A DNA stretch of 64,000 bases. Source: Nemertoderma westbladi. Its lineage: Eukaryota; Animalia; Xenacoelomorpha. Within the stretch, counting starts at the first letter, position 1. Each line of letters starts with the position of its first letter. Under the pieces are notes generated by a model. The model worked only from the letters and a program-made list of their open reading frames with translations. It was not told the origin of the DNA and did not search any database. Location: assembly GCA_032718475.1 (NCBI GenBank), contig JAUCBJ010001839.1, positions 27,755-91,754 on the forward strand, given 5' to 3'. The position numbers were made by a program, and so were the translations under genes. Positions 25,727 through 40,700 of this stretch are shown one piece after another.

Positions 25727-25749
25727 CTACAATATAACATAATCCGCAT

Positions 25750-28700
25750 TACAGACTCCACTTAATAATCTACAGACCCCACTTACTAAACAACAGTCCC
25801 AACTTACTAAACTACAGTCACCACTTACTAAACTAAAGTCCCAACTTACTAAACTACAGTCACCACTTACTAAACTACAGACCCCACTTACTAAACTACA
25901 GACCCCACTTACTAAACTACAGCCCCAACTTAATAAACTACAGACCCAATTTACTAAACTACAGACCCCATTTACTAAACTAAAGTCCCAACTTAATAAA
26001 CTAAGAACCCAATTTACTAAACTACAGACCCCATTTACTAAACTACAGACCCCACTTACTAAACTACAGTCCCCACTTACTAAACTAAAGTCCCCACTTA
26101 CTAAACTACAGACCCCACTTAATAATCTACAGACCCCACTTACTAAACTACAGACCCCACTTACTAAACTACAGACCCCACTTACTAAACTACAGCCCCA
26201 ACTTAATAAACTACAGACCCAATTTACTAAACTACAGACCCCATTTACTAAACTAAAGTCCCAACTTAATAAACTACAAACCCAATTTACTAAACTACAG
26301 ACCCCATTTACTAAACTACAGACCCCACTTACTAAACTACAGACCCAACTTACTAAACTACAGTCCCAACTTACGAAACTACAGACCCCACTTAATAATC
26401 TACAGACCCCACTTACTAAACTACAGACCCCACTTAATAATCTACAGACCCCACTTACTAAACTACAGTCCCCACTTAATAATCTACAGACCCCACTTAC
26501 TAAACTACAGTCCCCACTTACTAAACTACAGGCCCCACTTACTAAACTACAGACCCAACTTACTAAACTACAGACCCCACTTACTAAATTACAGACCGAA
26601 CTTAATAAACAACAGACCCAATTTACTAAACTACAGACCCCATTTACTAAACTAAAGTCCCAACTTAATAAACTACAGACCCAATTTACTAAACTACAGA
26701 CCCCATTTACTAAACTACAGACCCCACTTACTAAACAACAGACCCAACTTAATAAACTACAGACCCCACTTAATAAACTACAGACACTACTTACTAAACT
26801 ACAGACCCCAATTACTAAACTACAGTCCCGACTTACTAAACTACAGACCCAACTTAATAAACTACAGACCCAATTTACTAAACTACAGACCCCATTTTCT
26901 AAACTAAAGTCCCAACTTAATAAACTACAGACCCAATTTACTAAACTACAGACCCCATTTACTAAACTACAGACCCCACTTACTAAACAACAGACCCAAC
27001 TTAATAAACTACAGACCCCACTTAATAAACTACAGACACTACTTACTAAACTACAGACCCCAATTACTAAACTACAGTCCCGACTTACTAAACTACAGAC
27101 CCCACTTAATAAACTACAGACCCCACTTACTAAACTACAGACCCCACTTAATAAACTACAGACCCCACTTACTAAACTACAGACCCCACTTACTAAACTA
27201 CATTCCCCACTTACTAAACTACAGGCCCCACTTACTAAACTACAGACCCAACTTACTAAACTACAGTCCCAACTTACTAAACTACAGACCCCACTTTATA
27301 ATCTACAGACCCCACTTAATAAACTACAGACACTACTTACTAAACTACAGACCCCACTTACTAAACTACAGTCCCGACTTACTAAACTACAGACCCCACT
27401 TAATAAACTACAGACCCCACTTACTAAACTACAGACCCCACTTAATAAACTACAGACCACACTTACTAAACTACAGACCCCACTTACTAAACTACATTCC
27501 CCACTTACTAAACTACAGGCCCCACTTACTAAACTACAGACCCAACTTACTAAACTACAGTCACCACTTACTAAACTACAGACCCCACTTACTAAACTAC
27601 AGACCCAACTTACTAAACTAAAGTCCCAACTTAATAAACTACAGACCCCATTTACTAAACTACAGACCCCATTTACTAAACTACAGACCCCACTTACTAA
27701 ACTACAGACCCCACTTACTAAACTAAAGTCCCAACTTAATTAACTACAGACCCCCCTTACTAAACTACAGACCCCACTTACTAAACTACAGTCCCGACTT
27801 ACTAAACTAAAGTCCCAACTTAATAAACTACACATCCCCCTTACTAAACTACAGACCCCACTTACTAAACTACAGACCAAACTTACTAAACTACAGTCAC
27901 CACTTACTAAACTACAGACCCCACTTACTAAACTACAGACCCCACTTACTAAACTACAGACCAAACTTACTAAACTACAGTCACCACTTACTAAACTACA
28001 GACCCCACTTACTAAACTACAGACCCCACTTAATAAACTACAGACCCCACTTACTAAACTACAGTCACCACTTACTAAACTAAAGTCCCAACTTAATTAA
28101 CTACAGGCCCCACTTACTAAACTACAGTCACCACTTACTAAACTACAGTCACCACTTACTAAACTACAGACCCCACTTACTAAACTACAGACCCCACTTA
28201 ATAAACTACAGACCCCACTTACTAAACTACAGTCACCACTTACTAAACTACAGTCACCACTTACTAAACTAAAGTCCCAACTTAATTAACTACAGACCCC
28301 ACTTAATAAACTACAGACCCCACTTACTAAACTACAGTCACCACTTACTAAACTAAAGTCCCAACTTAATTAACTACAGGCCCCACTTACTAAACTACAG
28401 ACCCCACTTACTAAACTACAGTCCCCACTTACTAAACAACAGCCCCGACTTACTAAACTACATACCCCACTTACTAAACTACAGTCACCACTTACTAAAC
28501 AACATACCCCACTTACTAAACTACAGTCACCACTTACTAAACTAAAGTCCCAACTTAATTAACTACAGGCCCCACTTACTAAACTACATTCCCCACTTAC
28601 TAAACTACAGGCCCCACTTACTAAACTACAGACCCCACTTACTAAACTACAGACCCCACTTACTAAACTACAGTCACCACTTACTAAACAACAGCCCCGA

Positions 28701-31700
28701 CTTACTAAACTACAGTCACCACTTACTAAACTGAAGTCCCAACTTAATTAACTACAGGCCCCACTTACTAAACTACAGTCACCACTTACTAAACTACAGT
28801 CACCACTTACTAAACTACAGACCCAACTTACTAAACTACAGTCACCACTTACTAAACTACAGTCACCACTTACTAAACTAAAGTCCCAACTTAATTAACT
28901 ACAGGCCCCACTTACTAAACTACATTCCCCACTTACTAAACTACAGGCCCCACTTAATAAACTACAGACCCCACTTACTAAACTACAGACCCCACTTACT
29001 AAACTACAGTCACCACTTACTAAACTAAAGTCCCAACTTAATTAACTACAGGCCCCACTTACTAAACTACATTCCCCACTTACTAAACTACAGGCCCCAC
29101 TTACTAAACTACAGACCCCACTTACTAAACTACAGACCCCACTTACTAAACTACAGTCACCACTTACTAAACTACAGACCCCACTTACTAAACTACAGTC
29201 ACCACTTACTAAACTACATTCCCCACTTACTAAACTACAGGCCCCACTTACTAAACTACAGACCCCACTTACTAAACTACAGACCCCACTTACTAAACTA
29301 CAGTCACCACTTACTAAACTACAGACCAAACTTACTAAACTACAGTCACCACTTACTAAACTACAGACCCCACTTACTAAACTACAGACCCAACTTACTA
29401 AACTACAGACCCCACTTACTAAACTACAGTCACCACTTACTAAACTACAGACCCAACTTACTAAACTACAGTCACCACTTACTAAACTACAGTCACCACT
29501 TACTAAACTAAAGTCCCAACTTAATTAACTACAGACCCCACTTAATAAACTACAGACCCCACTTACTAAACTACAGTCACCACTTACTAAACTACAGTCA
29601 CCACTTACTAAACTACAGTCCCGACTTACTAAACTACAGTCACCACTTACTAAACTAAAGTCCCAACTTAATTAACTACAGGCCCCACTTACTAAACTAC
29701 AGACCCCACTTACTAAACTAAAGTCCCAACTTAATTAACTACAGACCCCACTTACTAAACTACAGGCCCCACTTACTAAACTACAGTCACCACTTACTAA
29801 ACTACAGTCCCGACTTACTAAACTACAGTCACCACTTACTAAACTAAAGTCCCAACTTAATTAACTACAGGCCCCACTTACTAAACTACAGACCCCACTT
29901 ACTAAACTACAGTCCCCACTTACTAAACTAAAGTCCCAACTTAATTAACTACAGTCCCGACTTACTAAACTACAGTCACCACTTACTAAATTACAGTCCC
30001 GACTTAATTAACTACAGGCCCCACTTACTAAACTACAGACCCCACTTACTAAACTACAGTCCCCACTTACTAAACTAAAGTCCCAACTTAATTAACTACA
30101 GACCCCACTTAATAAACTACAGACCCCACTTACTAAACTACAGTCACCACTTACTAAACTACAGTCACCACTTACTAAACTACAGTCCCGACTTACTAAA
30201 CTACAGTCACCACTTACTAAACTAAAGTCCCAACTTAATTAACTACAGGCCCCACTTACTAAACTACAGACCCCACTTACTAAACTAAAGTCCCAACTTA
30301 ATTAACTACAGACCCGACTTACTAAACTACAGGCCCCACTTACTAAACTACAGTCACCACTTACTAAACTACAGTCCCGACTTAGTAAACTACAGTCACC
30401 ACTTACTAAACTAAAGTCCCAACTTAATTAACTACAGGCCCCACTTACTAAACTACAGACCCCACTTACTAAACTAAAGTCCCAACTTAATTAACTACAG
30501 ACCCCACTTACTAAACTACAGTCACCACTTACTAAACTACAGTCCCGACTTACTAAACTACAGTCACCACTTACTAAACTAAAGTCCCAACTTAATTAAC
30601 TACAGGCCCCACTTACTAAACTACAGACCCCACTTACTAAACTAAAGTCCCAACTTAATTAACTACAGACCCCCCTTACTAAACAACAGACCCCACTTAC
30701 TAAACTAAAGTCCCAACTTAATTAACTACAGTCCCGACTTACTAAACTACAGTCACCACTTACTAAACTACAGTCCCGACTTACTAAACTACAGTCACCA
30801 CTTACTAAACTAAAGTCCCAACTTAATTAACTACAGGCCCCACTTACTAAACTACAGACCCCACTTACTAAACTACAGACCCCACTTACTAAACTACAGA
30901 CCCCACTTACTAAACTACAGACCCCACTTACTAAACTACAGTCCCGACTTACTAAACTACAGTCACCACTTACTAAACTAAAGTCCCAACTTAATTAACT
31001 ACAGGCCCCACTTACTAAACTACAGACCCCACTTACTAAACTAAAGTCCCAACTTAATTAACTACAGACCCCACTTACTAAACTACAGTCACCACTTACT
31101 AAACTACAGACCCCACTTACTAAACTACAGACCCCACTTACTAAACTACAGTCCCGACTTACTAAACTACAGTCACCACTTACTAAACTAAAGTCCCAAC
31201 TTAATTAACTACAGGCCCCACTTACTAAACTACAGACCCCACTTACTAAACTAAAGTCCCAACTTAATTAACTACAGACCCCACTTACTAAACTACAGTC
31301 ACCACTTACTAAACTACAGTCCCGACTTACTAAACTACAGACCCAACTTACTAAACTACAGTCACCACTTACTAAACTACAGTCGCGACTTACTAAACTA
31401 CAGTCACCACTTACTAAACTAAAGTCCCAACTTAATTAACTACAGGCCCCACTTACTAAACTACAGACCCCACTTACTAAACTAAAGTCCCGACTTACTA
31501 AACTACAGTCACCACTTACTAAACTACATTCCCCACTTACTAAACTACAGGCCCCACTTACTAAACTACAGACCCCACTTACTAAACTACAGTCACCACT
31601 TACTAAACTACAGTCGCGACTTACTAAACTACAGTCACCACTTACTAAACTAAAGTCCCAACTTAATTAACTACAGGCCCCACTTACTAAACTACAGACC

Positions 31701-34700
31701 CCACTTACTAAACTACAGTCCCGACTTACTAAACTACAGTCACCACTTACTAAACTACAGACCCCACTTACTAAACTAAAGTCCCAACTTAATTAACTAC
31801 AGACCCCCCTTACTAAACAACAGACCCCACTTACTAAACTACAGTCACCACTTACTAAACTAAAGTCCCAACTTAATTAACTACAGGCCCCACTTACTAA
31901 ACTACAGACCCCACTTACTAAACTAAAGTCCCAACTTAATTAACTACAGGCCCCACTTACTAAACTACAGTCACCACTTACTAAACTAAAGTCCCAACTT
32001 AATTAACTACAGGCCCCACTTACTAAACTACATTCCCCACTTACTAAACTACAGGCCCCACTTACTAAACTACAGACCCCACTTACTAAACTACAGACCC
32101 CACTTACTAAACTACAGTCACCACTTACTAAACTACAGTCACCACTTACTAAACTACAGACCCCACTTACTAAACTACAGACCCCACTTAATAAACTACA
32201 GACCCCACTTACTAAACTACAGTCACCACTTACTAAACGAAAGTCCCAACTTAATTAACTACAGACCCCACTTAATAAACTACAGACCCCACTTACTAAA
32301 CTACATTCCCCACTTACTAAACTACATTCCCCACTTACTAAACTACAGACCCCACTTACTAAACTACATTCCCCACTTACTAAACTACAGACCCCACTTA
32401 CTAAACTACATTCCCCACTTACTAAACTACAGACCCCACTTACTAAACTACAGTTACCACTTACTATATTACAGTCCCAACTTACTAAACTACAGTCACC
32501 ACTTACTAAACTACAGACCCCACTTACTAAACTACAGTCACCACTTACTAAACTAAAGTCCCAACTTAATTAACTACAGGCCCCACTTACTAAACTACAG
32601 ACCCCACTTATAAACTACAGACCCCACTTACTAAACTACAGTCACCACTTACTAAACTAAAGTCCCAACTTAATTAACTACAGGCCCCACTTACTAAACT
32701 ACAGACCCCACTTATAAACTACAGACCCCACTTAATAAACTACAGTCACCACTTACTAAACTAAAGTCCCAACTTAATTAACTACAGGCCCCACTTACTA
32801 AACTACAGTCACCACTTACTAAACTACAGTCACCACTTACTAAACTACAGACCCCACTTACTAAACTACAGACCCCACTTAATAAACTACAGACCCCACT
32901 TACTAAACTACAGTCACCACTTACTAAACTGCAGTCACCACTTACTAAACTAAAGTCCCAACTTAATTAACTACAGACCCCACTTAATAAACTACAGACC
33001 CCACTTACTAAACTACAGTCACCACTTACTAAACTACAGTCACCACTTACTAAACTAAAGTCCCAACTTAATTAACTACAGACCCCACTTAATAAACTAC
33101 AGTCCCAACTTACTAAACTACAGTCCCGACTTACTAAACTACAGTCACCACTTACTAAACTAAAGTCCCAACTTAATTAACTACAGGGCCCACTTACTAA
33201 ACTACAGTCCCGACTTACTAAACTACAGTCCCGACTTACTAAACTACAGTCACCACTTACTAAACTAAAGTCCCCACTTACTAAACTACAGTCACCACTT
33301 ACTAAACTAAAGTCCCGCCTTACTAAACTACAGTCCCCACTTACTAGACTACAGACCCAACTTACTATACTACAGTCACCACTTACTAAACTAAAGTCCC
33401 GCCTTACTAAACTACAGTCCTCACTTACTAAACTGAAGTCCCGCCTTACTAAACTACAGTCCCCACTTACTAGACTACAGACCCAACTTACTATACTACA
33501 GTCACCACTTACTAAACTAAAGTCCCCACTTACTAAACTACAGTCACCACTTATTAAACTAAAGTCCCGCCTTACTAAACTACAGTCCCCACTTACTAAA
33601 CTACAGACCCAACTTACTAAACTACAGTCACCACTTACTAAACTAAAGTCCCGCCTTACTAAACTACAGTCCTCACTTACTAAACTACAGTCCTCACTTA
33701 CTAAACTACAGTCCCGACTTACTAAACTACAGACCCCACTTACTAAACTAAAGTCCCGCCTTACTAAACTACAGTCCCTACTTACTAAACTAAAGTCCCA
33801 ACTTAATTAACTACAGACCCCCCTTACTAAACTACAGACCCCACTTACTAAACTACAGACCCCACTTACTAAACTACAGACCCCACTTAATAATCTACAG
33901 ACCCCACTTACTAAACTACATTCCCCACTTACTAAACTAAAGTCCCAACTTAATTAACTACAGACCCCACTTACTAAACTACAGACCCCACTTACTAAAC
34001 TACAGACCCCACTTACTAAACTACAGACCCCACTTACTAAACTAAAGTCCCGCCTTACTAAACTACAGTCCCCACTTACTAAACTACAGACCCCACTTAC
34101 TAAACTACAGACCCCACTTACTAAACTACAGACCCCACTTAATAATCTACAGACCCCACTTACTAAACTACATTCCCCACTTACTAAACTAAAGTCCCAA
34201 CTTAATTAACTACAGACCCCACTTACTAAACTACAGACCCCAATTACTAAACTACAGTCCCCACTTACTAAACTACAGACCCCACTTACTAAACTACAGA
34301 CCCCACTTACTAAACTACAGACCCCACTTACTAAACTAAAGTCCCGCCTTACTAAACTACAGTCCTCACTTACTAAACTACAGTCCTCACTTACTAAACT
34401 ACAGTCCCGACTTACTAAACTACAGACCCCACTTACTAAACTAAAGTCCCGCCTTACTAAACTACAGTCCCCACTTACTAAACTACAGACCCCACTTACT
34501 AAACTACAGACCCCACTTAATAATCTACAGACCCCACTTACTAAACTACATTCCCCACTTACTAAACTAAAGTCCCAACTTAATTAACTACAGACCCCAC
34601 TTACTAATCTACAGACCCCACTTACTAAACTACAGTCACCACTTACTAAACTACAGGCCCCACTTACTAAACTACAGACCCCACTTACTAAACTACAGAC

Positions 34701-37700
34701 CCCACTTAATAATCTACAGACCCCACTTACTAAACTACAGACCCCACTTACTAAACTACAGACCCCACTTACTAAACTACAGACCCCACTTAATAATCTA
34801 CAGACCCCACTTACTAAACTACAGACACCACTTACTAAACTACAGACCCCACTTACTAAACTACAGACCCCACTTAATAATCTACAGACCCCACTTACTA
34901 AACTACAGACCCCACTTACTAAACTACAGACCCCACTTAATAATCTACAGACCCCACTTACTAAACTACAGTCACCACTTACTAAACTACAGTCCCGACT
35001 TACTAAACTACAGTCACCACTTACTAAACTAAAGTCCCAACTTAATTAACTACAGGCCCCACTTACTAAACTACAGCCCCCACTTATAAACTACAGACCC
35101 CACTTACTAAACTACAGTCACCACTTACTAAACTAAAGTCCCAACTTAATTAACTACAGGCCCCACTTACTAAACTACAGACCCCACTTATAAACTACAG
35201 ACCCCACTTACTAAACTACAGTCACCACTTACTAAACTAAAGTCCCAACTTAATTAACTACAGACCCCACTTACTAAACTACAGACCCCACTTACTAAAC
35301 TACAGACCCCACTTACTAAACTACAGACCCCACTTACTAAACTACAGTCACCACTTACTAAACTACAGACCCCACTTAATAATCTACAGACCCCACTTAC
35401 TAAACTACAGACCCCACTTACTAAACTACAGACCCCACTTAATAATCTACAGACCCCACTTACTAAACTACAGACACCACTTACTAAACTACAGACCCCA
35501 CTTACTAAACTACAGACCCCACTTAATAATCTACAGACCCCACTTACTAAACTACAGACCCCACTTACTAAACTACAGACCCCACTTACTAAACTACAGA
35601 CCCCACTTAATAATCTACAGACCCCACTTACTAAACTACATTCCCCACTTATTAAACTAAAGTCCCAACTTAATTAACTACAGACCCCACTTACTAAACT
35701 ACAGACCCCACTTACTAAACTACAGACCCCACTTACTAAACTACAGACCCCACTTACTAAACTACAGTCACCACTTACTAAATTAAAGTCCCAACTTAAT
35801 TAACTACAGACCCCCCTTACTAAACTACAGACCCCACTTACTAAACTACAGTCCCCACTTACTAAACTACAGACCCCATTTACTAAACTAAAGGCCCAAC
35901 TTAATTAACTACAGTCCCCACTTACTAAACTACAGTCACCACTTACTAAACTACAGACCAAACTTACTAAACTACAGACCCCACTTACTAAACTACAGAC
36001 CCCACTTACTAAACTACAGACCCCACTTACTAAACTACAGACCCCACTTACTAAACTACAGACCCCACTTACTAAACTACAGTCACCACTTACTAAACTA
36101 CAGACCCCACTTAATAATCTACAGACCCCACTTACTAAACTACAGACCCCACTTACTAAACTACAGACCCCACTTAATAATCTACAGACCCCACTTACTA
36201 AACTACAGACACCACTTACTAAACTACAGACCCCACTTACTAAACTACAGACCCCACTTAATAATCTACAGACCCCACTTACTAAACTACAGACCCCACT
36301 TACTAAACTACAGACCCCACTTACTAAACTACAGACCCCACTTAATAATCTACAGACCCCACTTACTAAACTACATTCCCCACTTATTAAACTAAAGTCC
36401 CAACTTAATTAACTACAGACCCCACTTACTAAACTACAGACCCCACTTACTAAACTACAGACCCCACTTACTAAACTACAGACCCCACTTACTAAACTAC
36501 AGTCACCACTTACTAAATTAAAGTCCCAACTTAATTAACTACAGACCCCCCTTACTAAACTACAGACCCCACTTACTAAACTACAGTCCCCACTTACTAA
36601 ACTACAGACCCCATTTACTAAACTAAAGGCCCAACTTAATTAACTACAGTCCCCACTTACTAAACTACAGTCACCACTTACTAAACTACAGACCAAACTT
36701 ACTAAACTACAGACCCCACTTACTAAACTACAGACCCCACTTACTAAACTACAGACCCAACTTACTAAACTACAGTCACCACTTACTAAATTAAAGTCCC
36801 AACTTAATTAACTACAGACCCCCCTTACTAAACTACAGACCCCACTTACTAAACTACAGTCCCCACTTACTAAACTACAGACCCCATTTACTAAACTAAA
36901 GGCCCAACTTAATTAACTACAGTCCCCACTTACTAAACTACAGTCACCACTTACTAAACTACAGACCAAACTTACTAAACTACAGACCCCACTTACTAAA
37001 CTACAGTCACCACTTACTAAATTAAAGTCCCAACTTAATTAACTACAGACCCCCCTTACTAAACTACAGACCCCACTTACTAAACTACAGACCCCACTTA
37101 CTAAACTACAGTCACCACTTACTAAATTAAAGTCCCAACTTAATTAACTACAGACCCCCCTTACTAAACTACAGACCCCACTTACTAAACTACAGACCCC
37201 ACTTACTAAACTACAGACCCCACTTACTAAACTACAGACCCCACTTACTAAACTACAGACCCCACTTACTAAACTACAGACCCCACTTACTAAACTACAG
37301 TCCCAACTTAATAAATTAAAGTCCCAACTTAATTAACTACAGACCCCCCTTACTAAACTACAGACCCCACTTACTAAACTACAGTCCCCACTTACTAAAC
37401 TACAGACCCCATTTACTAAACTAAAGGCCCAACTTAATTAACTACAGTCCCCACTTACTAAACTACAGACCCCACTTACTAAACTACAGTCCCCACTTAC
37501 TAAACTACAGACCCCACTTACTAAACTACAGACCCCACTTACTAAACTACAGTCACCACTTACTAAATTAAAGTCCCAACTTAATTAACTACAGACCCCC
37601 CTTACTAAACTACAGACCCCACTTACTAAACTACAGACCCCACTTACTAAACTACAGACCCCACTTACTAAACTACAGACCCCACTTACTAAACTACAGA

Positions 37701-40700
37701 CCCCACTTACTAAACTACAGACCCCACTTACTAAACTACAGTCCCAACTTAATAAATTAAAGTCCCAACTTAATTAACTACAGACCCCCCTTACTAAACT
37801 ACAGACCCCACTTTATAATCTACAGACCCCACTTACTAAACTACAGACCCCACTTACTAAACTACAGACCCCACTTACTAAACTACAGACCCCACTTACT
37901 AAACTACAGTCCCAACTTAATAAATTAAAGTCCCAACTTAATTAACTACAGACCCCCCTTACTAAACTACAGACCCCACTTACTAAACTACAGTCCCCAC
38001 TTACTAAACTACAGACCCCATTTACTAAACTAAAGGCCCAACTTAATTAACTACAGTCCCCACTTACTAAACTACAGACCCCACTTACTAAACTACAGTC
38101 CCCACTTACTAAACTACAGACCCCATTTACTAAACTAAAGGCCCAACTTAATTAACTACAGTCCCCACTTACTAAACTACAGTCACCACTTACTAAACTA
38201 CAGACCAAACTTACTAAACTACAGACCCCACTTACTAAACTACAGTCACCACTTACTAAATTAAAGTCCCAACTTAATTAACTACAGACCCCCCTTACTA
38301 AACTACAGACCCCACTTACTAAACTACAGACCCCACTTACTAAACTACAGACCCCACTTAATAATCTACAGACCCCACTTACTAAACTACAGACACCACT
38401 TACTAAACTACAGACCCCACTTATGTACTAAACTACAGACCCCACTTAATAATCTACAGACCCCACTTACTAAACTACAGACCCCACTTACTAAACTACA
38501 GACCCCACTTACTAAACTACAGACCCCACTTAATAATCTACAGACCCCACTTACTAAACTACATTCCCCACTTACTAAACTAAAGTCCCAACTTAATTAA
38601 CTACAGACCCCACTTACTAAACTACAGACCCCACTTACTAAACTACAGACCAAACTTACTAAACTACAGACCCCACTTACTAAACTACAGACCCCACTTA
38701 CTAAACTACAGACCCCACTTACTAAACTACAGTCACCACTTACTAAACTAAAGTCCCAACTTAATTAACTACAGACCCCACTTAATAAACTACAGTCCCA
38801 ACTTACTAAACTACAGTCCCGACTTACTAAACTACAGACCCCACTTACTAAACTACAGTCACCACTTACTAAACTAAAGTCCCAACTTAATTAACTACAG
38901 ACCCCACTTAATAAACTACAGTCCCAACTTACTAAACTACAGTCCCGACTTACTAAACTACAGTCACCACTTACTAAACTAAAGTCCCAACTTAATTAAC
39001 TACAGGGCCCACTTACTAAACTACAGTCCCGACTTACTAAACTACAGTCCCGACTTACTAAACTACAGTCACCACTTACTAAACTAAAGTCCCCACTTAC
39101 TAAACTACAGTCACCACTTACTAAACTAAAGTCCCGCCTTACTAAACTACAGTCCCCACTTACTAGACTACAGACCCAACTTACTATACTACAGTCACCA
39201 CTTACTAAACTACAGACCCAACTTACTAAACTACAGTCCCCACTTACTAAACTACAGTCACCACTTACTAAACTAAAGTCCCGCCTTACTAAACTACAGT
39301 CCCCACTTACTAAACTACAGACCCAACTTACTAAACTACAGTCACCACTTACTAAACTAAAGTCCCGCCTTACTAAACTACAGTCCTCACTTACTAAACT
39401 ACAGTCCTCACTTACTAAACTACAGTCCCGACTTACTAAACTACAGACCCCACTTACTAAACTAAAGTCCCGCCTTACTAAACTACAGTCCCCACTTACT
39501 AAACTAAAGTCCCAACTTAATTAACTACAGACCCCCCTTACTAAACTACAGACCCCACTTACTAAACTACAGACCCCACTTACTAAACTACAGACCCCAC
39601 TTAATAATCTACAGACCCCACTTACTAAACTACATTCCCCACTTACTAAACTAAAGTCCCAACTTAATTAACTACAGACCCCACTTACTAAACTACAGAC
39701 CCCACTTACTAAACTACAGACCCCACTTACTAAACTACAGACCCCACTTACTAAACTAAAGTCCCGCCTTACTAAACTACAGTCCCCACTTACTAAACTA
39801 CAGACCCCACTTACTAAACTACAGACCCCACTTACTAAACTACAGACCCCACTTAATAATCTACAGACCCCACTTACTAAACTACATTCCCCACTTACTA
39901 AACTAAAGTCCCAACTTAATTAACTACAGACCCCACTTACTAAACTACAGACCCCACTTACTAAACTACAGTCCCCACTTACTAAACTACAGACCCCACT
40001 TACTAAACTACAGACCCCACTTACTAAACTACAGACCCCACTTACTAAACTAAAGTCCCGCCTTACTAAACTACAGTCCTCACTTACTAAACTACAGTCC
40101 TCACTTACTAAACTACAGTCCCGACTTACTAAACTACAGACCCCACTTACTAAACTAAAGTCCCGCCTTACTAAACTACAGTCCCCACTTACTAAACTAC
40201 AGACCCCACTTACTAAACTACAGACCCCACTTAATAATCTACAGACCCCACTTACTAAACTACATTCCCCACTTACTAAACTAAAGTCCCAACTTAATTA
40301 ACTACAGACCCCACTTACTAATCTACAGACCCCACTTACTAAACTACAGTCACCACTTACTAAACTACAGGCCCCACTTACTAAACTACAGACCCCACTT
40401 ACTAAACTACAGACCCCACTTAATAATCTACAGACCCCACTTACTAAACTACAGACCCCACTTACTAAACTACAGACCCCACTTACTAAACTACAGACCC
40501 CACTTAATAATCTACAGACCCCACTTACTAAACTACAGACACCACTTACTAAACTACAGACCCCACTTACTAAACTACAGACCCCACTTAATAATCTACA
40601 GACCCCACTTACTAAACTACAGACCCCACTTACTAAACTACAGACCCCACTTAATAATCTACAGACCCCACTTACTAAACTACAGTCACCACTTACTAAA

